Assembly: GCA_965231215.1 (NCBI GenBank)
Contig: OZ246423.1
Coordinates: 1,248,001-1,312,000, forward strand
DNA: 64,000 bases
Source of the DNA: Candidatus Altimarinota bacterium
GTDB lineage: Bacteria > Patescibacteriota > Gracilibacteria > UBA4473
Direction: 5' to 3'
Part shown: positions 8,901 to 17,956 of the stretch, piece by piece
How the letters are laid out: every line of letters starts with the position of its first letter
Numbering within the stretch: the stretch's first letter is position 1
Program-made: the position numbers and the translations under genes
Notes under the pieces: model-generated
Told to the model about the DNA's origin: nothing
The model's input: only the letters and a program-made list of their open reading frames with translations
Database searches by the model: none

Positions 8901-9325
8901 TTAGATAGATTGAGCTGTTTTTTTGAGAGGAAACTCTCCAATAACGTTAGATTCCATATAATTCCAAAATTTACGAACGCTTGCTTGCTCTAATAAGTTA
9001 TCGCTTCCAGTTCCAGTTAAGCCTTGTAACCCAGCGTGGTGTTTTGCCATGTTCATTTTAGCCTCAAGGGATGGAACTGAAAGTGACAGGATTGGAATCA
9101 CTGCTTGAACTTTTTGAATAACTTCTCCAAGAGCAGCTCCAGCCGCATATTTCCCAGTATCAGTACTTGCATCAACAAAAGGAGAAAGTCCGACAGGAGC
9201 AACAATTCCTTAAGTTGCTTAAACCTTGGACTAACATCTCTGTCTAATTCCTCATAAGTAGGAACTTTAGACTAAATTTCTTCTCCAAATTGAGATAGTT
9301 TTAATAATGCTTTAGATCTAGACAT
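8901..9325 (-). pseudogene. Degraded hypothetical gene (in-frame TAG plus frameshift)
   Basis: ATG 9325 MSRSKALLKLSQFGEEI, then TAG (9272-9274), SKVPTYEELDRDVSPRFKQL, then a frame change to GIVAPVGLSPF...KKTAQSI*; TTGAC-type -35 upstream near 9373-9378. Confidence 0.55.
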
Positions 9326-9438
9326 GATTTTTAAGTGCAATTTATAATCTTTTTTAAATAATTAAATATTTTTGTCAAGTCTTGTTTTATATTTTTATAT
9401 ACCTACCTTTTACTTAATCACTTCATGATGCTCCTTAC

Positions 9439-9849
9439 ATGATTCTTATTGTGGCTTCCAAATTTGATAAATCAGACGCTCATGTCATTGATAAAATGAT
9501 AGAGAGAGCTATTGAAACACTCAAAATAGCTGGGGAATCGTATAAAGTGGTTCGAGTCCCTGGAGCGAATGAAATCCCAGTTACAATCAAACACTTGGTT
9601 CATAAACAGGAGGATAAATATACGGCTATAATAGCTTTGGGATGCGTTATCAAAGGGGACACTGATCACTACGAACTGGTTATAAAATCAGTGACCGAAG
9701 GGCTTACACAATTGAGCCTGGAGCTTGAAATGCCGATTATCCAGGGAATCCTGGCCTGCCAAAATAAAAAGCAGGCCGAAACCCGTATTTATCTGGGGGC
9801 AGAATATGCGGAAACGGCTCTTGAAATGAAAAAGTTGTTTGAAGCCTAA
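9439..9849 (+). CDS. ribH: 6,7-dimethyl-8-ribityllumazine synthase
   Basis: VRVPGANEIP, IIALGCVIKGDTDHYELV. Confidence 0.93.
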   Translation: MILIVASKFDKSDAHVIDKMIERAIETLKIAGESYKVVRVPGANEIPVTIKHLVHKQEDKYTAIIALGCVIKGDTDHYELVIKSVTEGLTQLSLELEMPIIQGILACQNKKQAETRIYLGAEYAETALEMKKLFEA

Positions 9850-10486
9850 AACTCCCTATAGTCTTCCCGATATTTTTGATCCAATAATGTCTTTCACTCC
9901 CCTTTCTGAATTTTATGAAACTTTTTCCCAAGGGAATTTTGTTATTGTCTTTGATGAGCATCGTGAAGCGGAAGGAGACTTTTTTATTCTGGCGGAAAAT
10001 ATAAAACCCGACGATATTAATTTTTTATTTGAAAAAGCAAAAGGAATGATCTGTGTAGCTTGTCATCACACGGTCATTGACCGACTTGGGTTTAAACTCA
10101 TGGTAGAGCATAATGAAAATGCACACGGAACCAACTTCTGTACACTAGTAGATGCCGCTAAAGGGATTACCACAGGGGTTTCGGCTTCCGATAGAGCTCA
10201 AACCATTCGGCTTTTAGCCAATCCTGAATCTAGAAGAGCTGATTTTGTAGTCCCTGGACACACAGCCCCGCTTAGAGCTGTAGAAGACTATACTCTTCGG
10301 TTTGGACACACGGAGGCGGCCATAGCTTTAGCCGAAAAATGTGAGGTAAATCCAGTAGTTATTGTATGTGAAATTTTAAATCAAGAAGGCGCAAAAGCTA
10401 ACCTAGAAGAACTCAAAAGGCTTGCCGAATCATCAAATATCCCTATGACCAGCTTGGAACTTCTGTGTAAAGATTTGGGGTATTAA
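9839..10486 (+). CDS. ribB: 3,4-dihydroxy-2-butanone-4-phosphate synthase
   Basis: DEHREAEGD, GITTGVSASDRAQTI, PGHT.PL, GHTEAA, CEILN. Start uncertain (TTG 9839 or a later ATG). Confidence 0.92.
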   Translation: MKPKTPYSLPDIFDPIMSFTPLSEFYETFSQGNFVIVFDEHREAEGDFFILAENIKPDDINFLFEKAKGMICVACHHTVIDRLGFKLMVEHNENAHGTNFCTLVDAAKGITTGVSASDRAQTIRLLANPESRRADFVVPGHTAPLRAVEDYTLRFGHTEAAIALAEKCEVNPVVIVCEILNQEGAKANLEELKRLAESSNIPMTSLELLCKDLGY

Positions 10487-10558
10487 AATTTAAAGGGCAG
10501 TTATATCTGTCACACTCATTACTCGCTTTTCGTCTGACTATATGAAACAATCCCCTTG

Positions 10559-11725
10559 ATGAAAAAATTTTTAATACTGGCTTTAGGGTTATTACTCCTC
10601 CCCTTTTCGCTTGGGGCTCAATCTCTCTCTGATACAGAAATTGGCAGTTTAGATTTTGATGCACTCGGATCAAATACCACACTGCGGATGGGAGAATTTG
10701 CAGAAATCGGAAGATTTAGGATCACCAATAGAGGGCGCAGAACACTTATGGTAGATAGGATTAGGCTTAGAAATTATGGCAACGCTCGACTAGATGAAAG
10801 CTTTGAAAATCTAGGGTTATACACGGGAACTGAAAAGATAAATGATGATATCCAAGTGTCTCGCAATTATATTACATTTCATGTGCCTTCTACATTTATA
10901 GATCGTGGAGATAGTTTAATCTTTACGGTTCGTGGTCAGTTAATCTATGCTAAAAGTAACAGACGTACGGTACAATTAGGGGTTCGTCGCAAAGAAGACA
11001 TTTTGCTTAAGGAAGCTAGTTCTGGATTTTTTGCTAACTGCCAAGTATGTGAAGGCGTGCGACTCAAAACCTATACGCTTCGATTGGGAGGACTAAATAT
11101 TGAACGGAGTAATTATAGACCAACTTATCGATATTATGGATCTCGAACCAATAGTTATAATCCATATTATGGCCGAAGAACTTACAGGTCTACAGACTCA
11201 GAACCACGATCTTATAACCGTAGAATTTCTACGCCAGTTGGGAGGCAGAGTTATAGTCCAGGATCAAAAGATATAATCTTTTTCTCTAGCCAGTTTAGTT
11301 CAAAAGTACCTATTGAAGCCGAAGGTATTTTTTTGGAAGTTAGTTCTGGAAATGTGAGTGATAAAAATGGGAATGGCATCGCCAATGAGATCCAAGACTT
11401 CAGTGAAACCTTTGCTGATTTCTCGCTTTTTGTGAATGGTGAATTTGTGGATTCCACAAATGGGTTTGAACGATTTAATGGCCGCACTGGACTAAGGTTT
11501 GATAGTACTTTTATTATTTGGCCAAGTTCGCAATTAGTTTTGCGTGGCAGACTTACAAATCAGGCTCAAACAGGAGACAAAGTAAGATTTAAACTCAACA
11601 GCAATGGGATTTTAGACCCTGTATATCGATATAACTACAGAAGTGTGCCTAGCGTAAATATCAATGGCGGATCTACGGCTCCCTTTAGAGAAGTTGAAAG
11701 CGATCTAAAAATAAATAGTCGATAA
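10559..11725 (+). CDS. Secreted hypothetical protein with two beta-rich domains joined by an Arg/Tyr/Ser-rich linker
   Basis: Signal peptide MKKFLILALGLLLLPFSLGA; linker RSNYRPTYRYYGSRTNSYNPYYGRRTYR. Confidence 0.75.
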   Translation: MKKFLILALGLLLLPFSLGAQSLSDTEIGSLDFDALGSNTTLRMGEFAEIGRFRITNRGRRTLMVDRIRLRNYGNARLDESFENLGLYTGTEKINDDIQVSRNYITFHVPSTFIDRGDSLIFTVRGQLIYAKSNRRTVQLGVRRKEDILLKEASSGFFANCQVCEGVRLKTYTLRLGGLNIERSNYRPTYRYYGSRTNSYNPYYGRRTYRSTDSEPRSYNRRISTPVGRQSYSPGSKDIIFFSSQFSSKVPIEAEGIFLEVSSGNVSDKNGNGIANEIQDFSETFADFSLFVNGEFVDSTNGFERFNGRTGLRFDSTFIIWPSSQLVLRGRLTNQAQTGDKVRFKLNSNGILDPVYRYNYRSVPSVNINGGSTAPFREVESDLKINSR

Positions 11726-11781
11726 TTTTTTTATATAAACAAAAAACAGAGAGACCCTTTTGATAAAGAGGTATTTACTTT

Positions 11782-12696
11782 TTAAGCATTAGGTCTTGGA
11801 CACTCATTGAAAAGTTTTTTGAGTTTCTTGCCTGAGTTTTTTAGACTTTTGACTTCAGAAGATTTCAGGTCTAACTCAACCACTTTTCGGACTCCTTTGG
11901 CCCCAATTTCACAAGGAATCCCAAGACAAACATCTTTGAGTCCATACTCACCATTGAGCTCTGTAGACACTGGTAAAATTTTACCAGTGTCTTGAAGAAT
12001 ATTTTCAATGATATCAGCGGTACAGGCTCCAATACCAAAGTAAGTTGAACCTTTTCCAGCAATAATTTGATACGCTTCTTTTCGGGTTTCCTCTTCTATT
12101 TTTTGCTTATCGTCCTTAGGAATTTTTTCTGATCCCTCCACTTGGCTCCAGGCTACAAATTCACTATCTCCATGCTCTCCCATAACCCAACCACTGATTT
12201 GTGAAATTGATTTTTTAAAGTACTCAGATAAGCGCCACCGTAACCGTGAAGAATCTAGTAAAGTTCCAGTTCCTAGTACTTGGTTGCGAGGCAATGTGAA
12301 TATTTCTCTCGCTAGTTGGGTCATGATATCTACAGGATTGGTTATCAGAATAACAATAGCGCTCGGCTTCATTTCCCCAATCATGTTTTTTATATTTTGT
12401 AAAATTTTGGCATTTCTTCCTAGTAATTCACAGCGGGTTTCTCCGGGGCTTTGTTTGGCTCCAGCGGTAATTACAAAAAAGTCACATTCCGATAAAATCT
12501 CATCTCCTAAATCAACTCCTTGAATTTTAGCTTTAGGTGAAAAAAGGAGAACATCTTTCAAATCTAAAACCTGAGCTTCTTCAAATTCTTGATTCATATC
12601 CGCTAGAAAAATTTCTAATGGTAGATTTTTGTGAATGAGGGCACTCGCAGTATGAGATCCTACATTCCCGGCACCGATGATAGCTACTTTTTTCAT
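11782..12696 (-). CDS. ldh: L-lactate dehydrogenase
   Basis: IIGAGNVG, TAGAKQSPGETR (Gln at the specificity position), TNPVD, LDSSRL, GEHGDS. Confidence 0.9.
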   Translation of the reverse strand: MKKVAIIGAGNVGSHTASALIHKNLPLEIFLADMNQEFEEAQVLDLKDVLLFSPKAKIQGVDLGDEILSECDFFVITAGAKQSPGETRCELLGRNAKILQNIKNMIGEMKPSAIVILITNPVDIMTQLAREIFTLPRNQVLGTGTLLDSSRLRWRLSEYFKKSISQISGWVMGEHGDSEFVAWSQVEGSEKIPKDDKQKIEEETRKEAYQIIAGKGSTYFGIGACTADIIENILQDTGKILPVSTELNGEYGLKDVCLGIPCEIGAKGVRKVVELDLKSSEVKSLKNSGKKLKKLFNECPRPNA

Positions 12697-12704
12697 TATT
12701 TATT

Positions 12705-13001
12705 TTATTGAGGTTCGCGTTCTTGGATCCGTTTTGAAAGTTCAATAATCTTTCCCCAGATGAGAAGTAAATCTTCATTGGGGATAAGAGTATCAGTATT
12801 TTTATCTATTAAAGATTTTAACAACTCTTCTTCTCTTTCTAGATCATCAATATCTTTTCCAGTTTGTCTTTTAATTTCAGAAATTTCGACAGCCAACTTC
12901 ATTCGCTCATGTAAAAGTGAAAGTATCCCCGCATCAATTTCATTAATGCGTTCTCGTTTTTGATATAGGTCTTGGATCGTTGGATTTGATTGATCACTCA
13001 T
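12705..13001 (-). CDS. Monofunctional chorismate mutase (AroQ type II)
   Basis: RERINEIDAGILSLLHERM.LA.EI..IK....I.DLERE; C-terminal SKRIQ. Confidence 0.88.
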   Translation of the reverse strand: MSDQSNPTIQDLYQKRERINEIDAGILSLLHERMKLAVEISEIKRQTGKDIDDLEREEELLKSLIDKNTDTLIPNEDLLLIWGKIIELSKRIQEREPQ

Positions 13002-13675
13002 TTAAAATTTTTAGGCGCTAGTATTATAACAAATTCTCCTTTGGTATTGGAATCATTAAAGTAATTTTTTGCTTCCTCAATAGAGCCTCTCCAGATTTGT
13101 TCATGCATTTTGGTGAGTTCTCGCCCTATACAAATTTTTCTGTCACTGCCGAGGTATTCAGAAAGTTCATTCAATAACTTTGGAAAACGATGCACCGATT
13201 CATAAAAAACTTGAGATATCGAAGCCTCTTCAAAACTTTTAAGTAATGTTTGGCGACCTTTTTTGTGAGGTAGAAATCCATGGAAGGTAAAGCTATCAGT
13301 CGGAAATCCACTAGCAGAGATTAATGTCGTTAGGGCTGAAGCTCCTGGAATAGGAATAATTTTAATCCCTTTTTTGGCAGCGGTTTTTGTAAGTCTAAAT
13401 CCAGGATCAGAAATACAAGGAGTTCCCGCATCAGATATAAGGGCGCCTTGCGCCCCTTCTAAAATTCTTTCACAAATTTCTTCGGCCTTAGTGTCACTGC
13501 TTTGGGCGTGGTAGGAAATTACAGGGGTTTGTATGTAATACTTTTTAAGAAGTATCTGGGCATGACGCGTATCTTCTGCGGCTATGAAATCAACAGATTT
13601 TAATATTTCAACAGCCCGAAAAGTTATATCAGATAAATTTCCAATAGGAGTCGCCACAACATAAAGTTCAGCCAT
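12998..13675 (-). CDS. rsmI: 16S rRNA C1402 2'-O-methyltransferase
   Basis: LYVVATPIGNLSDIT.RA, AAEDTR, ISDAGTPCISDPG, RELTK.HE. Confidence 0.96.
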   Translation of the reverse strand: MAELYVVATPIGNLSDITFRAVEILKSVDFIAAEDTRHAQILLKKYYIQTPVISYHAQSSDTKAEEICERILEGAQGALISDAGTPCISDPGFRLTKTAAKKGIKIIPIPGASALTTLISASGFPTDSFTFHGFLPHKKGRQTLLKSFEEASISQVFYESVHRFPKLLNELSEYLGSDRKICIGRELTKMHEQIWRGSIEEAKNYFNDSNTKGEFVIILAPKNFK

Positions 13676-13824
13676 TCTTCAATAGAATATCAATAATATT
13701 TTGGCTTGTCCAGAGCTGGGTATATGCAAATGAAATATCAATAGCTAGGCAAACTAGAATAATTAGAAAAGTAAAAAAATTTGCGTTTTAAAACAAATTA
13801 TGAAGAATGAAAGATACCTTTAAG

Positions 13825-13840
13825 AAAACCTTAAGGTTTT
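13825..13840. promoter_or_regulatory. Perfect 16-bp palindrome in the divergent rsmI/transporter intergenic region (candidate operator)
   Basis: AAAACCTTAAGGTTTT. Confidence 0.4.
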
Positions 13841-13903
13841 TTATACATAAAAAAATAAAAAATGCGCCTCAAGAGGGTGGTTTGTTTGCATAACTTTTTA
13901 TAA

Positions 13904-15376
13904 ATGAAAGAAATTTGGTCATCACGTTGGGTCTTTATATTAGCTGCCATTGGAGCCGCTGCAGGTTTAGGAAATTTATGGCGTTTCCCCTACATGGTTT
14001 ATGAAAATGGCGGGGGTGCTTTTTTATTTGCCTATCTTTTGATTCTCTTTTGTTTCGGCCTACCACTCGTGATTATGGAAGTGGCTTTTGGTCAAAGAGC
14101 CCAGACAGAAATTGTACAAGCTTATAATAATGTAGCAGGCAGAATAGGAAGGTTTGTTGGATGGTTGGTGATATGTATTATCGCTTTAGTTATAGGATAT
14201 TATGCAACCATTGTAGCCTGGGGAGTAGATTTCTTTATGGCGAGTCCTACTTTGGCGTGGGGCAATGACGCACAAGGGTTTTTTAATGAGAGAATTCTTA
14301 ATTTGTCAGCCGATGTAGATACCTGGGGTGGTTTTTCTCGCCCTGTAATACTGGGCCTTATAATGACTTATTTAGGAGTCTATTTTTCTATTTACAAAGG
14401 AATAAAGTCAGTAGGGGCTGTGGTAAAATGGACCGTTCCCCTCCCCTTTGTGTTGTTGTTTATCCTCTTTTTAAATAGTTTATCTCTAGAGGGAGCTATG
14501 ACTGGTTTTGCCTATTTCTTGGTACCAGATTGGAGCCAGTTAGCCGAGCTTACGCTCTGGAAGGAAGCCCTTTCTCAGGCGTTTTTCTCTATGAATATTG
14601 GGTTAGCGTTGACGATTATGTATGCGAGTTTTAATCCTCAAAGACAATCGATTATGCAGTCAGGGATTTTGATTGCTTTGGGAGATGCCTTGGTCAGTAT
14701 AATGGCTGGATTGGCTATATTTGGAACTTTAGGATGGATGGCTCATAGCCAAAGCATGAACATAGAATCCGTAGTAACGGCTGGTCCGACATTAGCTTTT
14801 GTAACCTTCCCAACGGCGCTTTCGCTGCTTCCATTTGGAGCCAAACTTTTTGCAATGATGTTTTTCTTAGCCATCTTGATGTTAGCTATAGATTCACTAT
14901 TTGCAATGGTGGAATGTGTTTCAGTGACGCTTCGAAGACAGTTTCCAGTACTAACAAAATACAGCCGTGAAAGATGGACTCAAATGCTATGTGTCGTGTG
15001 TTTTTTGTGGTCACTTTGTTTTGCTGGAGGAAATGGGTTGTATCGCTTAGATATTTTGGATCACTATTTATTTGCTCATTTATTCTACCTCGGGATATGG
15101 CTTCAACTCCTAATTATTGGATGGATGCTGCCGATAGAGAAACTCCGTTTGTACATTAATCATGTTTCTAAGTCTGAGATACCTGAGGTTTTTAATACAT
15201 TAGTTAAGTATATTGCCCCAACGGTATTTATGCTGCTCTACTTTTCGACTTTTAGAGAAGAAATAGCTTTAGATTATGAAGGCTACTCAAAAAAAGCGCT
15301 GCTCTGGTGGGGGCTATTCCCTATGTGTTTAGCGGTAGGGATTTCCTGGATACTCTCGTCTGAAGAAACTAAATAA
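13904..15376 (+). CDS. Sodium-dependent transporter, NSS/SNF (LeuT-like) family
   Basis: WSSRW.FILAAIG.A.GLGNLWRFPYM.YENGGGAF; QAFFS; GPTLAFVTFP. Confidence 0.95.
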   Translation: MKEIWSSRWVFILAAIGAAAGLGNLWRFPYMVYENGGGAFLFAYLLILFCFGLPLVIMEVAFGQRAQTEIVQAYNNVAGRIGRFVGWLVICIIALVIGYYATIVAWGVDFFMASPTLAWGNDAQGFFNERILNLSADVDTWGGFSRPVILGLIMTYLGVYFSIYKGIKSVGAVVKWTVPLPFVLLFILFLNSLSLEGAMTGFAYFLVPDWSQLAELTLWKEALSQAFFSMNIGLALTIMYASFNPQRQSIMQSGILIALGDALVSIMAGLAIFGTLGWMAHSQSMNIESVVTAGPTLAFVTFPTALSLLPFGAKLFAMMFFLAILMLAIDSLFAMVECVSVTLRRQFPVLTKYSRERWTQMLCVVCFLWSLCFAGGNGLYRLDILDHYLFAHLFYLGIWLQLLIIGWMLPIEKLRLYINHVSKSEIPEVFNTLVKYIAPTVFMLLYFSTFREEIALDYEGYSKKALLWWGLFPMCLAVGISWILSSEETK

Positions 15377-15427
15377 TAAATACGCGCTATAATTTAAAGA
15401 AATCTAGAGACAGTAAAACAAAATTCT

Positions 15428-16819
15428 CTATGGCCCAGATTCGACCTTCCTTAATCGCAGTTTTTGTAGAATATCTTCATATAAGTTATTTTTACTGGTG
15501 GTCTCTTTTTGTGTAGTTGTATCAACCGTTGATGGGAGAACCTTTTTAGTCGTTTGTCTTGTGTTTGTGGTTGTTGGACGAACAGCCTTTTGTTTAGCTA
15601 GAAGTTTTTTTCTCAGTTCGGTTCTTTTTCTCAGGAGTTCGGCTTTGCTCATTTTGCTCGTCTCTGTAGTGTTGGTATTGAGAGCCTTGCGGGCTTGATT
15701 ATAACGATCTATAAGGAGGGTGTTGGTCCTTCTTAAAACTCGTTTTGGACGAGTCAAGTGGCTTCTGCTGGCTTTGGTTACACCACTGCCTGAATTGGGG
15801 TGGGTAGTAGTCGTATTTTGAGTAGCGGTTTTGTCTTCAACCAAAATTCCATCTTGCCGTTTAAAACTTTTGTATCGTTGAACTTTTTTAACTCGTTCTC
15901 GAATAGTTTTTAGAAATTCTGTTCGAGGTTTTAAAAGATAAGATCCGAGCCCAAAAGACTGGCACGTATATCCTTTAAAGCAGTTATCGTCATCAAATCC
16001 TCTAGAGATAAGAATGCCTCTACTACAGCTAGGAACTTCATACTGAGGGCAACTAGGGTTTAAGGGGTCTGGTTCTGGGGTGTTTGGATTTTCAGGATTC
16101 AGATTTTTAGGATTCTCTGGAATACCTGGGACTTTTGGGACAGTACTTTCACACCGAAGACCTTTAGAACATCCATTGTTATCAAATCCTTGGAAAACCA
16201 TAAACTGATTTGAGGCACAGTTTGGAACATTAAACCTCGGACATCCAGCGTGTTTTTCTGAGTCAGTGGCACATCGGTATCCCCTATCGCATCCATCAAG
16301 GCTTTCAATTCTCACCCAGTCAGATTCAGCACATTCTGTAGGACGAGCCGGAGCGGGGCAACTGTTTGTAATGCTACGACATTCAAATCCTAAAAAACAA
16401 CCATTAGCATCACTGCCCAGAGAAATCCTTTCTTGCTCATTTTCACATACAGGATTAGCCGGTTCGGCGCAGCTTACTCTATCTGAGACTTTAACCACTT
16501 TTCGAGCCATTTCAGCCTTAGTTGAGCCTTCAAAAATAGTGACTACGTAATTTCCAGGTCTATCAAAACTATGAGTAAACCTTTTAAGCCCCAAAAATTG
16601 CGCAGTCTGACTATTTCCGTCTCCAAAATCTATAATAAAAGAAACAAAGGCGTTCTCGTCATTGGTTTCAGTGGCGACAAACCAGGTTCCAGTTTCATTT
16701 GTAAAAAGGGAAAAAGGAGATTCAAAGAGTGCAATATCAAAGCTTTGTGCTTGTGTCACTGCTGGCCACAAAAATAAGGGAGAAAACAGAGAGAAGAGAC
16801 CGAGTTTAAGCGCTTTCAT
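15428..16819 (-). CDS. Secreted protein: PKD-like domain, four 4-Cys repeats and a basic Thr-rich C-terminal tail
   Basis: Signal peptide ending TQA; IDFGDGNS...THSFDRPGNYVVT (PKD); repeats such as CPRFNVPNC...NNGCSKGLRC. Confidence 0.8.
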   Translation of the reverse strand: MKALKLGLFSLFSPLFLWPAVTQAQSFDIALFESPFSLFTNETGTWFVATETNDENAFVSFIIDFGDGNSQTAQFLGLKRFTHSFDRPGNYVVTIFEGSTKAEMARKVVKVSDRVSCAEPANPVCENEQERISLGSDANGCFLGFECRSITNSCPAPARPTECAESDWVRIESLDGCDRGYRCATDSEKHAGCPRFNVPNCASNQFMVFQGFDNNGCSKGLRCESTVPKVPGIPENPKNLNPENPNTPEPDPLNPSCPQYEVPSCSRGILISRGFDDDNCFKGYTCQSFGLGSYLLKPRTEFLKTIRERVKKVQRYKSFKRQDGILVEDKTATQNTTTTHPNSGSGVTKASRSHLTRPKRVLRRTNTLLIDRYNQARKALNTNTTETSKMSKAELLRKRTELRKKLLAKQKAVRPTTTNTRQTTKKVLPSTVDTTTQKETTSKNNLYEDILQKLRLRKVESGP

Positions 16820-16909
16820 AAATATCTGTATTTATTTCGAAACCAAAAATAACAAGAACTATATTTTTGTTCAACCAAAAGTCCTTTACTAAGGCTTTAA
16901 TATATAGGC

Positions 16910-17821
16910 TTAGTAAATAGTAGTAACCTTGGTTGTTCGGCGGGTATTGGTGGTGGCTCTTGGTTCGCAGCTATAGCCTTGATTACATCCGTTTACATAG
17001 GGCTTAGCAATCAGCCTTCCTTCAGCACAATCCGGAACATTAAATACGGGGCATCGTGACTTTGGCGTGTTTGAATGGCTTGTGGTATTTCTTGCCTCAC
17101 AGCTATAGCCTTGATTACACCCATCTTTGTAGGGCTGAAGGACCAATCTTCCATCTGGACACGCTGGTACTTTAACCACTGGACAAATAGGTTTTAGAGG
17201 GGGAGGAGTTTGAGTGGTTATAGTAATTTCACATTTATACCCCATATGACATCCATTTTCGTAGGGTAATTGAACCAGTCTTCCATGAGGACAGGCTGGA
17301 ACTTTAACCACTGGACAGGTTTGCGGTTTGGCCTGGCAAGTATATCCAGGAAAACAACCATTGGTTCTCGGTTGTGGTACTAATTTTCCTCCATCACATT
17401 GAGGCACTACCGGGGCTGGGCATCTTCGTGGAACTCTGGGTTCCCAGAATCGTACACAATGGTAAGTTTTACAGCCTCTTCCATCAGTTCTAGTTTCAAG
17501 TTTTCGATCAGTACTACAGGTTGGAATGCTTGCTTCTTTACATTTTTTCGGTTCAGGAAGACTATATGGAATGGTCTTAGGTCCTTGGGTATTAACCGTT
17601 TGTCTAATGGGGCCTACCGTATATCCGTGAGTCCAATAATCATCGTAGTAATCAGTAAGTCTATAGTCATCATAATGATTAAAAACACTATCCCCCCAAT
17701 AAAGATCTATACCAAAATCTAAATCATAATAGGCATAACTCGCCTGGGTCATTCCAAATCCAAGGAATCCAATTCCTAGAAATAAAATAAGAGACTGTAG
17801 CTGTGTGATAAATTTTAACAT
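16910..17821 (-). CDS. Secreted protein with Tyr/Asp-rich N-terminus and five 4-Cys repeats
   Basis: Signal peptide ending SYA; CPVVKVPACPxGRLVxxPYxxGCxxGYxC units. Confidence 0.8.
   Translation of the reverse strand: MLKFITQLQSLILFLGIGFLGFGMTQASYAYYDLDFGIDLYWGDSVFNHYDDYRLTDYYDDYWTHGYTVGPIRQTVNTQGPKTIPYSLPEPKKCKEASIPTCSTDRKLETRTDGRGCKTYHCVRFWEPRVPRRCPAPVVPQCDGGKLVPQPRTNGCFPGYTCQAKPQTCPVVKVPACPHGRLVQLPYENGCHMGYKCEITITTQTPPPLKPICPVVKVPACPDGRLVLQPYKDGCNQGYSCEARNTTSHSNTPKSRCPVFNVPDCAEGRLIAKPYVNGCNQGYSCEPRATTNTRRTTKVTTIY
16968..17317 (-). repeat. Intragenic tandem repeats, 132-bp (44-aa) period
   Basis: CAGCTATAGCCTTGATTACA at 16968 and 17100; ACTTTAACCACTGGACA at 17169 and 17301. Confidence 0.85.
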
Positions 17822-17956
17822 TTCTATCTAGTTTTATTTTATTAATATTTTTCATAAAAAAGTCAATGTTTAATTAAGTAAACCTTTATTCTTAGCGGTT
17901 AAAACACTAGTAATTACATGAAAAATCTGGTATAATCACGAGAAATAAAAACAAAA

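Noticed and set aside
9272-9274. In-frame TAG as evidence of amber recoding
   Set aside because: TAG terminates normal genes such as clpP, and the same ORF also has a frameshift, so decay is the simpler explanation.
11782-13001. Chorismate mutase plus dehydrogenase as an aromatic-lactate pathway
   Set aside because: The dehydrogenase has standard L-LDH motifs, and gene order in this window is generally scrambled, so adjacency is weak evidence.
16968-17317. CRISPR array or DGR template/variable repeat
   Set aside because: The repeats are in-frame coding units with a 132-bp period; there are no cas or reverse transcriptase genes and no A-specific mismatch pattern was evident.
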